Origin: Candidatus Latescibacterota bacterium
Lineage (GTDB): Bacteria > Latescibacterota > UBA2968 > UBA8231
Reading direction: 5' to 3'
DNA: 64,000 nt
Assembly (NCBI GenBank): GCA_965248355.1
Contig: OZ252098.1
Location: 1,920,001-1,984,000 of the forward strand
Shown: positions 29,565-38,914 of the stretch, in pieces
How positions within the stretch are numbered: the stretch's first letter is position 1
Layout: every line of letters begins with the position of its first letter
Program-made: the position numbers and the translations under genes
Notes under the pieces: model-generated
The model's input: the letters and a program-made list of their open reading frames with translations, nothing else
The model's database searches: none
Told to the model about the DNA's origin: nothing

Positions 29565-31501
29565 ATGCTGTTGCCGCTCATGCCGGTGAAGTGGTCGATC
29601 ACCAGCCACAGGCCGGCCACCGTGAACTGGCCGGCGATGAGACCGAGGAAGAAGGGACGGGCCATGCGGTAGAGGGAGGGGCCGCCGTACTTGAGGAGGA
29701 CGGCCTTCAGGAGCCAGGCCAGGAAGACGCTGAAGGAGATGTGGTTCGTCAGATAGGTGCTGGCGCTGACCACGTACCCGAGGGGGTGGAGGGGCCACCA
29801 GAAGAAGTGCTGGCGGGCCAGCATGAGCGCCGCCATGACCACGCCGCCCACGCCGGTGGAGATCCACCCGACCAGGTCCGGCCCGTCCGGGGTCGCCGCC
29901 TCGCGGGTGACGAAGTTGAACGGCACTTGAGGGCCGCTGAGAAAGAACCAGGGCTCCAGGTTCACGCCTCCGTGGGTGTAGCTCCAGTACAGGACCGCCC
30001 AGATCGAGGAGGCCAGGCTCAGGCAGATGGCCAGGACCATGGCCCAGAACAGGCCCCGCCGCCGTCTCCCGAGGTGCTCCTGGGCCAGCTTGAGGCCGTT
30101 GGCGCAGGAGGCCATGACGAAGGTGCGGATGTCGGCCGCCCACACATAGGTGAAGCCCATGGCGGTCAGGGTCTGGGCCCCCAGGACGGCGCTGCCCACC
30201 CCCGAGGTGACGAAGTCCGAGGCGATGAGCGGGGCCCGGGTGGCGGCCACTCCCCCCTCGGCCACGACCCGGGTGATGCCGACGAAGAGCAGGAACATGG
30301 CGAACAGGTAGATGGGCACGACCCACAGGGCCATGCCGGCCCGCCACAGCCAGACGGCCACGAAGAGGGTGCTGGCGAGCAGTCCCCAGACCGCCGTGCG
30401 GTAGGAGAGGATCTCGTCGCTGTCGTCGACCTCCGGATCGCCGCGCAGGGCCTTGCGCGCCACCCGGCGGATGTGCCCCCGCGCCGTCCACAGGCCGAGC
30501 AGGACCAGGACGATCATGGCCCCCATGCCCTGATGGGCGAAGATCGGGAAGGAGGCGAAATTGAGGCGCTCGGTGCTGGCCACGCCGAGGATGCCGAAGG
30601 TCCCCTCCTGAACGCGGCCCACGAGGTTGAAGAACCAGATGCTGAAGGCGATGTCCAGATTCACGAGGTAGGCGAATCCCACCATGGGAAAGCTCAGGGC
30701 GATCTTCTGCTGCGTGGTGCCCCGGAACAGGGGGATCGAGGTCTCCAGGAGGATATCGGGGAAGAAGTCGTAGTAGTTGTGCAGGGCCTTGACGCAGCCG
30801 ATGACGAAGGGGATGGCGAAGCCGGCCCACATCACCGGGCTGCGGAAGAACGGATTCAGGGCCCCCGGAGGCGTTCCCTCCTCGATCATGGCGCTCGGCA
30901 CCTGCACCAGTGGGAAGTTCAGGCGCTCCGTCTCGATCCACGGGCGCCGCAGGATGACCACGACGCAGATCATGGCCGCGTACACAGCCAGTATGAGGGG
31001 AATCCAGTTGGCCAGCGGCAGCAGCCACGCCTTCCAGGGCACGGAGGCGCCCTCCGGCAGGCCTTCGTAGAAGTCCTTGGCCGCCTGCGGGTCCGGAACC
31101 AGGCCGTCCCGGATGAAGGGGTGGACGACGCTCGCCCAGTCGTTCTCCGGCGTGGCGTAGTAGACCGCTCCCGCCGTGATCGGCAGCAGGTACTCGGTGA
31201 GGCCCATGCTCGGGATCGCACAGCCCACCATGGCCATGATGTAGACGACCACGAGCTCCTCCCGCCTGAGTCCGAGGGCGGGATGCACGAGCCGCAGGGC
31301 CGTCTGCACTCCGAGGACGAAGAGGAAGAACAGGAAGATGGCCCCGGCGGTGCTGAAATCGAGGGCGAAGTTGGAGCCCCGGAGGATCATGTTGCTGTAG
31401 GGGGCGCCCACACCGATGCACACCGTCATCAACGAGCCCACAAGCAGGGATCGGAGGGTGACGCCGGACCGGCGATTGGCGTGGGGAAGGGAGGTCGACA
31501 T
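29552..31501 (-). CDS. DUF6785/DUF6784-like polytopic membrane protein (putative transporter)
   Basis: YYATPENDW, RRPWIETERLNFPL, WWPLHPLG, KYGGPSLYR...PFFLG. Paralog of 10330-12300. Confidence 0.75.
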   Translation of the reverse strand: MSTSLPHANRRSGVTLRSLLVGSLMTVCIGVGAPYSNMILRGSNFALDFSTAGAIFLFFLFVLGVQTALRLVHPALGLRREELVVVYIMAMVGCAIPSMGLTEYLLPITAGAVYYATPENDWASVVHPFIRDGLVPDPQAAKDFYEGLPEGASVPWKAWLLPLANWIPLILAVYAAMICVVVILRRPWIETERLNFPLVQVPSAMIEEGTPPGALNPFFRSPVMWAGFAIPFVIGCVKALHNYYDFFPDILLETSIPLFRGTTQQKIALSFPMVGFAYLVNLDIAFSIWFFNLVGRVQEGTFGILGVASTERLNFASFPIFAHQGMGAMIVLVLLGLWTARGHIRRVARKALRGDPEVDDSDEILSYRTAVWGLLASTLFVAVWLWRAGMALWVVPIYLFAMFLLFVGITRVVAEGGVAATRAPLIASDFVTSGVGSAVLGAQTLTAMGFTYVWAADIRTFVMASCANGLKLAQEHLGRRRRGLFWAMVLAICLSLASSIWAVLYWSYTHGGVNLEPWFFLSGPQVPFNFVTREAATPDGPDLVGWISTGVGGVVMAALMLARQHFFWWPLHPLGYVVSASTYLTNHISFSVFLAWLLKAVLLKYGGPSLYRMARPFFLGLIAGQFTVAGLWLVIDHFTGMSGNSIYWV

Positions 31502-31601
31502 AGGTTACGGCGTTTTCGGGAAAGGCCGGCAAAGCGACAAACGCCCGGAGGTGAGATAAGGACGGCCGCTTCCGGGTGACAAGCACGGGCGGGAGGAGAT
31601 C

Positions 31602-33689
31602 ATGACCGCGGGCACCGACACCGAACGGCTGAGCATCCGGAAATTCTGGGAGGCGGAGGCGTTGTACGCCGAGGCCGAAGCCGCCGCCGGACTGTGGAAG
31701 GGGGAGGCGGAGGACGAGATCCGCCTCTTTCGCGGAGAGGTCGTGGAGAACGACTCCCCCGGCTCGGGGCGCTCCGACGAACCGGGCATCGAGCCTTTCG
31801 TGCAGCTGTCGGGAGAGACTGTCTACCGCAAGCGCCTTGACCTTAAAGATCCCGCCTGCGACGCCGCCCAGGCCGCCTTCATCGCCCTCGAGGCCGAAGG
31901 AAACACGACCACCCTTTGCCTGTCCGTCAACGGCCGCGAGGTCCGGCGTCCCCCCTCCAGGGAGGCCACACCGGAGGCCCGGCAGTACCGGGAGCTGTCC
32001 TGGAGCCGTTGGTACTACGTGGACATCCCCGCCGACGCCCTGCGACCGGGGGAAAACGAGCTCACCGTGTGGTCCGAGGGCGGGAGTCCGGGCTGGCAGC
32101 TCATGGTGGCCGACTACCGCGACTTCCACAAAGGCATGGAAGACCCCGTGGTCCTGCCTCACGCCACGGAGCGCAGCGACGACGGCGGCCGCACTTGGAC
32201 CGGCGAGCGGGGCGAGCTCGTTCTGCGTCTGGCTCTCGACCGCTATCGCCGCTCGGGCAAGCTGCTCTCTCCCGTCCTCGACGCGGCCGGCGAAGACGAG
32301 GTTGTAGTCCGCAGCCGTCACCAGGTGGGGTCGGCCCGCATCGCCTGGGAGGCCGACACGCCGGAGCCGGCCGGGTTGGACTTGGTCTGCCGCAGCGGCT
32401 CCCAGCCCTGCCCGGAGGGCGGCGGCTGGAGCGATTGGCAGCCCTGTGAGGCCGGCCGCCCCGTTGCCGATCTGCGAGGCCGCTACCTCCAGTGGGAGGC
32501 CCGGTTCCACACCTCCGACCCCAGGGTCACGCCGGCCCTGCGCCGGGTGCAGATGGAGGCGGACGTCCTGCCGGGCCCCGAACCGGGGCTGCGGGTGGCG
32601 CGGGCCCACAACCCAAGGATCCAGCGCTCCTCCTGGGAGATGCCCCACGAGAACCCCCGCTGCCGGCCGCTGATCCGGCTGCGCCGGGAGTGTGAGCTGG
32701 ATGCCGTCATCGCCGGCGCCCAGACCGAGTTCGAGGCGATCCAGCGGCTCCACCGCTGGGCCTACCACATCCCCCTGGGGGACTGCCGCCACTTCCCGTG
32801 GGACGTGCTCTCCTGGATCCGCCTCGAACGGGGGCCGGACTGCCAGATCCTCATGAACGAGTACCCGCAGCGGCGCCGGGACAGGATGTGCCTCTACCCC
32901 AACGTGGTTCTCGCGGCCGCCCTGCAGAGCTTCGGCATCCCTGCCCGCCACCTGAACTTCCACAGCGAGGGTATGACCGGCCACGAGATCGCCGAGGTCT
33001 GGTCCAACGACTTCGGCAAGTGGATCCACCTGGACGCCACCCGCGACTACTACTGGTACGACCGCAGGACCCTGGTACCCCTCGACACCGAGGAGATCCA
33101 CCGGGCCCTCGTGGACCGCCTCGACCGCGTCGAGCGCTGGGACCGGCCATACCTCTACCACCAGGATCTCGAGCGGCTGGTGGCGGACCTGCCCATCGCC
33201 TTCTGGGACGGCGAGTACGAACACTCCTGCGATGCCGGGGACCACGGCGCCCTCTTCCTGTTCCGCAGCTTCTGCCACTTCCGGGTCGTCCCGCGCTTCG
33301 ACGTCTTCAGCCGCCAGCGGCCCCTTCCGGTGAGCCAGGGGACCGAGGTCTGGTCCTGGGACGGGTACCTCAACTGGGCTGACGACCGCGTCCCTCCCTT
33401 GCCGCACTTCTCCCACCACACGAACCGCCGCGCCGACTTCTACCCCACCCTCAACCAGACCCGCATGACCGTGGAGAGCACCGCCGACGTGATGACCCTT
33501 CAGGTGCACCTCGAGACGGAGACGCCGGACTTCGCCGCCAGCGAGGCGCGTTTCGACCGGCGTTCCTGGCGCGAGACGGCGGTCCCCTTCCAGTGGCCTC
33601 TGCACACGGGTGTGAACACCCTCGAGGTGCGCAGCCGCAACGGTTCCGGCTGGACCGGCGTGGTCAGCTCCGTGAGCCTCGTCGCATGA
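31602..33689 (+). CDS. Transglutaminase-like domain protein
   Basis: MCLYPN...LQSFGIPAR...GHEIAEVWSNDFGKWIHLDAT gives a Cys-His-Asp triad pattern; GGAGGAG RBS. Confidence 0.75.
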   Translation: MTAGTDTERLSIRKFWEAEALYAEAEAAAGLWKGEAEDEIRLFRGEVVENDSPGSGRSDEPGIEPFVQLSGETVYRKRLDLKDPACDAAQAAFIALEAEGNTTTLCLSVNGREVRRPPSREATPEARQYRELSWSRWYYVDIPADALRPGENELTVWSEGGSPGWQLMVADYRDFHKGMEDPVVLPHATERSDDGGRTWTGERGELVLRLALDRYRRSGKLLSPVLDAAGEDEVVVRSRHQVGSARIAWEADTPEPAGLDLVCRSGSQPCPEGGGWSDWQPCEAGRPVADLRGRYLQWEARFHTSDPRVTPALRRVQMEADVLPGPEPGLRVARAHNPRIQRSSWEMPHENPRCRPLIRLRRECELDAVIAGAQTEFEAIQRLHRWAYHIPLGDCRHFPWDVLSWIRLERGPDCQILMNEYPQRRRDRMCLYPNVVLAAALQSFGIPARHLNFHSEGMTGHEIAEVWSNDFGKWIHLDATRDYYWYDRRTLVPLDTEEIHRALVDRLDRVERWDRPYLYHQDLERLVADLPIAFWDGEYEHSCDAGDHGALFLFRSFCHFRVVPRFDVFSRQRPLPVSQGTEVWSWDGYLNWADDRVPPLPHFSHHTNRRADFYPTLNQTRMTVESTADVMTLQVHLETETPDFAASEARFDRRSWRETAVPFQWPLHTGVNTLEVRSRNGSGWTGVVSSVSLVA

Positions 33690-34507
33690 GACCGGATCCC
33701 CGGCGGGCAACGGTCCGACGCGCCTTGGGGGCTGTCGCCCTGTGCGTCGCCACAGCCCTCCGGCTCCACGCCGACGAGCTCCCCGGCCGGGTAGTCACAC
33801 TTTCCTCCGGGCTGCCTTCCTACACGATCGAGCGCGTCTCGTCCGGGATCTCCGTCGACGGACGGTCCGACGAGGGGGACTGGAAAACCGCCGCCGTCAT
33901 CGAGCTGAACGTTCCCTGGCGCCACGACGAGGCCGAGCCCGTGCAGGCCACCGAAGTGAGCATGCTCTGGAGCCCCGAGGATCTGTTCATCATATACAGG
34001 TGTGCAGATCCTCATATCGGCGCCGAGATCGTCGAGCACGACGGGGCCACCTACCTCGAAGACACGGTGGAGATCTTCGCGACCCCCAACCCCGACCACG
34101 TGTACAGCTACTACGGCTACGAGATGAACGTCCTTGGGACGCTGCTGGATTACGTCACCTTCTGGCGGGACGGCCAGCGGCTCACGGGAGGCCGCGAGTG
34201 GCAGAGCGAGGGGGTGCGGATCGCCACCACCATCGACGGCACCCGCAACGATGATTCCGACGTGGATTCGGGCTGGATCCTCGAAATCGCCATCCCTTTC
34301 GACAACTTCCGCCATCTGGGAGGCAGCATCCCGCCCCGCGCCGGCGACCGGTGGCGCCTGAACCTGAATCGCTGCGCCGGCAGGACCGCGGGTCAGTACG
34401 CCATGTGGTCGGACTCGGGGACCCCGAAACCCCAGTTCCACGTTCCCGAGCGCTTCGGAGTCGCCCTGTTCTCCGACCGGACGGTGGGCGCCGCCGGCCC
34501 CCGCTAG
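33686..34507 (+). CDS. Secreted carbohydrate-binding family 9-like (DOMON-type) protein
   Basis: ISVDGRSDEGDW, DTVEIF, YYGYEMNVLG, WILEIAIPF, WRLNLNR, FHVPERFG; ATGA overlap. Confidence 0.82.
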   Translation: MRPDPRRATVRRALGAVALCVATALRLHADELPGRVVTLSSGLPSYTIERVSSGISVDGRSDEGDWKTAAVIELNVPWRHDEAEPVQATEVSMLWSPEDLFIIYRCADPHIGAEIVEHDGATYLEDTVEIFATPNPDHVYSYYGYEMNVLGTLLDYVTFWRDGQRLTGGREWQSEGVRIATTIDGTRNDDSDVDSGWILEIAIPFDNFRHLGGSIPPRAGDRWRLNLNRCAGRTAGQYAMWSDSGTPKPQFHVPERFGVALFSDRTVGAAGPR

Positions 34508-34516
34508 CGAAACCAC

Positions 34517-34544
34517 TTGACTTCCCATGGAGGTGCCGTAACTT
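34517..34544 (+). promoter_or_regulatory. Putative sigma70-type promoter upstream of the envelope locus
   Basis: TTGACT-N16-TAACTT in an AT-richer intergenic gap. Confidence 0.4.
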
Positions 34545-34707
34545 TCACCCAGTTTTCTCGAAGTTTCGCCTGCTGAGCGCCTGACCCGACCGTAACTGAC
34601 TGTTTTCGCGTAACATCAAGGAGGTTCCGGAGACCACGCACTCGGGCATGCGAAACAAGATCGCTCATCATCACCCTTTCCATCCCCAATCCCGGAGAGA
34701 TAGTCCC

Positions 34708-36600
34708 ATGCATCTCAGACGTATAGGCATCGCGGGCTCGGCGACGCTCCTGCTGCTCGCAGGAACCGCGAGTGCCCAGTTCCTGCACGCCGGCAACCCC
34801 GACGTCACGTCCCTTTCGGACATGACCAGCGGAGGCCCGCCGACCGTGTTGAAGATCGAAGGTTTGTCGAGCTTCCCCGACTATGCCTTCGACGGCTCCG
34901 ACCTCGATGTCAACTTCACCCTCGAAGGCAGCGGAGCCACCGTCTGGCTCTTCGTCTATACCTCCGGCCAGAACCCGCCTCTGACCATCGAGGGAGAGGG
35001 TGATCCTCCTTACAAGGATCCCGTGCGCAACCAGCCCGGCTGGCACGTGTACGAAGGCGTCGACTACCTCGTCTACAAGTCCGCCGGCGAGCGCATGGAC
35101 GAGGGCGAGAACACCATTACCTGGAACGGCCGCGACAACGCCGGCAACGTCGTCTCCGCCGGCGCCTACAGCCTGCACCTGGCCGCCTTCGACGACGAGG
35201 CCTTCCCCCACCTCGTGGCCGGCTCCGTCTTCCGCAAGCTCGGGCCGCCCGGGCGCCCTTACTGGGATCTCGGCCGGGAGCAGATCTTCGACTTCCGCTT
35301 CGTCAACGACATGAACAACGACTGGGTCGAGAACTTCGAGGGCTTCGACACGATGGATCTGACCGCCGTCACCGACGCCGGCGGCAGCACGCCGAACTCG
35401 GCTGTGTTCCTCAATGACGACTTCACCGAGGCCCTCGCCATCGGCCAGAGCAACTTCCTCGAGCGCCTCACCCTCGACTGGGACGCCAACCGCGTCTCCA
35501 CCGTCGAGGACTGGGGCGAGGACTACGGCGGCGTCAACGGCGTCATCAACGTCGAGGACCTCGGCGCCAGCGCCGGCCAACGGATGATCGCCACCAATCC
35601 CGACAAGACCATCGCCTATCTCGCGGCGGGCGTGACCGGTACGGTGGCGCAGATCGCTTCCTACTCCATCGAGACCGGTGAGAAGCTTGCCAGCTGGGAC
35701 ATGACCGATCTCTTCCTCTACGACAACAAGGGGGCCGACCGGGTCAGCGCGCCCATGGAGTTTGCCCAGTTCTACGACGGCGCTCCGGATCCCTGGGGGA
35801 TCACCACGACATCTCACCACTCCTCCGTGATCGCGCGCTTCGACTACGACGGCAACCTCAAGTGGGCCAACCGCAACGGTGACGGCTTCGGCGATACCCA
35901 GGCCTACAACAGCGCCGACGGCACCTTCGGGGACCTGGTCTACGGACATACCGAGGCGCCCAACTTCAAGTACTCCCTGTTCTCGGCCCCGGACGGATGG
36001 GTCTCGGTCTGCGAGAACGGCCGCGACAACACCAGCTTCGGCGCCATGCTCGGTCAGGACGGTTCCGGCCTGTTCAAGTTCGAGCCCAAGAACACGCCCC
36101 TCACCTGGTCGCAGTACGTCTGCATCGTCGACGGGGACACCGAGTGGGACGGTCTGCACATGCAGATCGGCGGCTTCGGCGACGCGATCCCGTCCAACGA
36201 CTGGGTCTCGAACGACGTCACCGTCTCGCCGACCCATCCCCTCGCCCACTATCCGTACGACCAGAAGAAAGTAAGTCTGGGGATGCCCACGGCCGTTGCC
36301 GAGGTGGGAGGGCAGGTGCCCGGTGGCTACGAGGTCAGCGACGCCTACCCCAACCCCTTCAACCCGGAGACCACGGTTCGCTTCTCCCTGCCCTGGGAGG
36401 TGGATGTACGGGTCACGGTCTACAACGAGCAGGGCCAGAAGGTGGCCACCTTGGCCGATGAGCGCCTGGGTCCGGGCAACTTCGACATCACCTGGGACGG
36501 CACCGATGACAGTGGGGCCGCCGTCGCCTCCGGTGTTTATCTGTATCGGATCGAGGCCCCCGATCTGCGTCTGAACAAGAAGGTCACCTTCCTCAAGTAG
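34708..36600 (+). CDS. Secreted protein with N-terminal FlgD-Ig-like domain and C-terminal FlgD-Ig/T9SS-type CTD
   Basis: Signal peptide ...LLLLAGTASA; ITWNGRDNAGNVVSAGAY near the N-terminus; YPNPFNPET...WDGTDDSG...SGVYLYRI...KKVTFLK at the C-terminus. Confidence 0.8.
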   Translation: MHLRRIGIAGSATLLLLAGTASAQFLHAGNPDVTSLSDMTSGGPPTVLKIEGLSSFPDYAFDGSDLDVNFTLEGSGATVWLFVYTSGQNPPLTIEGEGDPPYKDPVRNQPGWHVYEGVDYLVYKSAGERMDEGENTITWNGRDNAGNVVSAGAYSLHLAAFDDEAFPHLVAGSVFRKLGPPGRPYWDLGREQIFDFRFVNDMNNDWVENFEGFDTMDLTAVTDAGGSTPNSAVFLNDDFTEALAIGQSNFLERLTLDWDANRVSTVEDWGEDYGGVNGVINVEDLGASAGQRMIATNPDKTIAYLAAGVTGTVAQIASYSIETGEKLASWDMTDLFLYDNKGADRVSAPMEFAQFYDGAPDPWGITTTSHHSSVIARFDYDGNLKWANRNGDGFGDTQAYNSADGTFGDLVYGHTEAPNFKYSLFSAPDGWVSVCENGRDNTSFGAMLGQDGSGLFKFEPKNTPLTWSQYVCIVDGDTEWDGLHMQIGGFGDAIPSNDWVSNDVTVSPTHPLAHYPYDQKKVSLGMPTAVAEVGGQVPGGYEVSDAYPNPFNPETTVRFSLPWEVDVRVTVYNEQGQKVATLADERLGPGNFDITWDGTDDSGAAVASGVYLYRIEAPDLRLNKKVTFLK

Positions 36601-36610
36601 GGAGGCCCCG

Positions 36611-36651
36611 GAGGTGCCGCCGGCTTGCTGCCGGCGGCACCTCTTTTTTTT
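36611..36651 (+). terminator. Rho-independent terminator
   Basis: 14-bp perfect stem GAGGTGCCGCCGGC / GCCGGCGGCACCTC, 5-nt loop, then T8. Confidence 0.9.
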
Positions 36652-36764
36652 CCGGCGAGCGGCCTGCGGCGGCGAGTCGGTAGATCCCCGCGCCAGTGGA
36701 TTGCTGCCTCAGTCTCGCGGCAGGATCGACTGTCGATGATTCCCTTCTCCACACGAGGTAAACA

Positions 36765-38903
36765 GTGAAGATTGCCAGACACCCCGGCTGGGCGCGACCC
36801 CTGGCTGTCGCGGGACTCTTCCTGTGTTGTGGCGGTCTGTCCGCCCAGGACCTGTCCAGCGTCGGGATCTCCACCTGGCCCTCCACGACTCGCTATCTCG
36901 GCTTCCCCGAGTTCGCAGCCGGTCAGGACGGCCAGATCCGGATCACCGCCGGCGGGCCCTACACCCTCTACCTCAACGGCGATCTCGTGGGCAGTGACGC
37001 GGATCCCTCCACCGTGGAGATCTGGCCGGACCTCGCCTTCAAGAAGAAGGAGAACCAGGTAGCCGTGGTGGTCGACCACGACGGCACCCGGAGCCCGTAC
37101 GGCGCCTACCTCGTGATCGACGGCGAGGAAGAGCAGTTCATCAGCTCTCCCACGGACCGCTCCATGCCCTGGTTCTGGTCCGGCGACCCCCTGCCCAACA
37201 AGGAGGGCGGCTGGACCAAGCTGAAGCTGAGCAAGCTCGACGAGCACGAGGAGGACGGGCGGCTCATCACCTGGCAGGCGGCGCAGCAGGGAACCCTGGA
37301 ACCACGGGACTTCGTGGAGTTCGAGGACCTGGACCTGACCCGGGCCGGCAGCGTGGCCGGCTTCCCCGGAGGCCTGTCCGGTCAGGAGCAGGGGCTGCAG
37401 TTGCGCAGCCTGGTGGGCCAGAACATGGCCCTCAACTCCCGCACCTCCGACCCGAATCTCGTCGATGGCGACATCACCAAGGGCGTCGCCTTCCGCAAGG
37501 GCGCCGCATCCTTGGGCCAGGGGGTGGGCACCGACCTCGGCCGGCTCCTGCTCCTCGAGCGGGTGCGCGTCATCACCGAGCCGCCCGGCCGCAACGACAC
37601 CTACGAAGACCTCGCCATCAGGGGCTACAGCGTCCTGATCAGCCAGAACGGCATCAGCTACCGCGAGGCGGGGGCGCGCAATCAGATCAGCACCTACCGG
37701 GAGAGCGACGTCGTCTTCCCGCCGACTCCCGCCCGCCACGTGAGCCTGAGGATCACCGAGTTCTCCTCCCGGGACGCCAATCCAAGGATCGGGGAGCTGG
37801 AGGTCTTCGCCCAGGGGCGGGACGACGAGGGCCGATACCGCTCCCCGCCGCTGGATCTGAGCTCCTCCGAGGTCAAGAACTTCGAGCGCGCCATCCGCTA
37901 TGGAGAGGTTCCCGCCAACACGGAGATGGAGCTTCGCTTTCGTAGCGGCGAGGACGGGGAGAGCTGGAGCGAGTGGTCGTCCTGGGACTCGCAGTCCGAG
38001 GTCGGACTGACCGTGCCCGAGCCGCGGAACTATCTCCAGTTCGAGGCGCGCATGCTGAGCCGGATTCTCGACGCCACCCCTCGGCTCGACAGCCTGGTGG
38101 TCTGGTTCGAGGAAGGCCCCTTTCCGGCCTCTCGTGCTTCCGGCTCCATCTCTCCGGCTCGTGCCTCCATCGGCGTCGATACGCTGTTCACCTATACGCT
38201 GCAACTGGAGATGCAGGACACCGACACGGGTGTGGGACGGCTGGCCATCCTGACCTCCTGGCCGGCCCAACTCGATGTCGGCGCCGTGCAGGGTCTGGGA
38301 GAGGCGGCCATCGCCTCCAGCTACGCCACGGCCGACTCCCTCGTGCTGATCTTCGATCCGCCCATCACCTCGGCCACCGGAACGACGGAGGTGGTCATCC
38401 CCTTCACCACGCGGCTGCTCTCCGCCAGCCACGACTTCCAGGGGTTGCTCTTCGCTCCCGGGAGTGCGGCCTCCCTCCAGGTCGAGAGGCGGGAGGGAAC
38501 CGATCCACAGACCGAGCTCCCGTACACCTCCATCACCGAGGCGGCGGACTTCAGCATTCCCATCCTCGACCACGTGCGAGCCCAACCCGGGGTCTTCACC
38601 CCCAACGGAGACGGCGCCAACGACTTCGCGGTGCTGGCCTTCACCCTCGGGCGCGTCTCCGGGTCTTCGGTCCACTTCGAGATCTATGATGTCGGCGGAA
38701 GGTTGGTGCGCAGCCTGCCGCCGAGTCTTCTCGACCCCGGAAGCTACTCCCCCATCGGGGGCCGGGAAGAGGACCTGCCCGGACGATGGGACGGCCTGGA
38801 TGACGAGGGAAGGCTGGTGCCGCCGGGGCTCTACCTGTATCGAATCGTCGTCGATCTGGAACCGGACGAGGTGGCCACGGGCGTGGTCGGACTCGCCTAC
38901 TAG
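36765..38903 (+). CDS. Secreted discoidin (F5/8 type C)-like protein with gliding-motility-type/FlgD CTD
   Basis: NLVDGD...DLGR...ARHVSLRIT...IGELEVF; CTD FTPNGDGAND...IYDVGGRLVR...WDGLDDEG...PPGLYLYRI; GAGG RBS before GTG. Confidence 0.72.
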   Translation: MKIARHPGWARPLAVAGLFLCCGGLSAQDLSSVGISTWPSTTRYLGFPEFAAGQDGQIRITAGGPYTLYLNGDLVGSDADPSTVEIWPDLAFKKKENQVAVVVDHDGTRSPYGAYLVIDGEEEQFISSPTDRSMPWFWSGDPLPNKEGGWTKLKLSKLDEHEEDGRLITWQAAQQGTLEPRDFVEFEDLDLTRAGSVAGFPGGLSGQEQGLQLRSLVGQNMALNSRTSDPNLVDGDITKGVAFRKGAASLGQGVGTDLGRLLLLERVRVITEPPGRNDTYEDLAIRGYSVLISQNGISYREAGARNQISTYRESDVVFPPTPARHVSLRITEFSSRDANPRIGELEVFAQGRDDEGRYRSPPLDLSSSEVKNFERAIRYGEVPANTEMELRFRSGEDGESWSEWSSWDSQSEVGLTVPEPRNYLQFEARMLSRILDATPRLDSLVVWFEEGPFPASRASGSISPARASIGVDTLFTYTLQLEMQDTDTGVGRLAILTSWPAQLDVGAVQGLGEAAIASSYATADSLVLIFDPPITSATGTTEVVIPFTTRLLSASHDFQGLLFAPGSAASLQVERREGTDPQTELPYTSITEAADFSIPILDHVRAQPGVFTPNGDGANDFAVLAFTLGRVSGSSVHFEIYDVGGRLVRSLPPSLLDPGSYSPIGGREEDLPGRWDGLDDEGRLVPPGLYLYRIVVDLEPDEVATGVVGLAY

Positions 38904-38914
38904 GCTCGCCTGCT

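Noticed and set aside
27621..33710. 2029 aa minus-strand ORF
   Set aside because: Shadow frame spanning three well-supported genes; no motifs; stop-codon scarcity from high GC.
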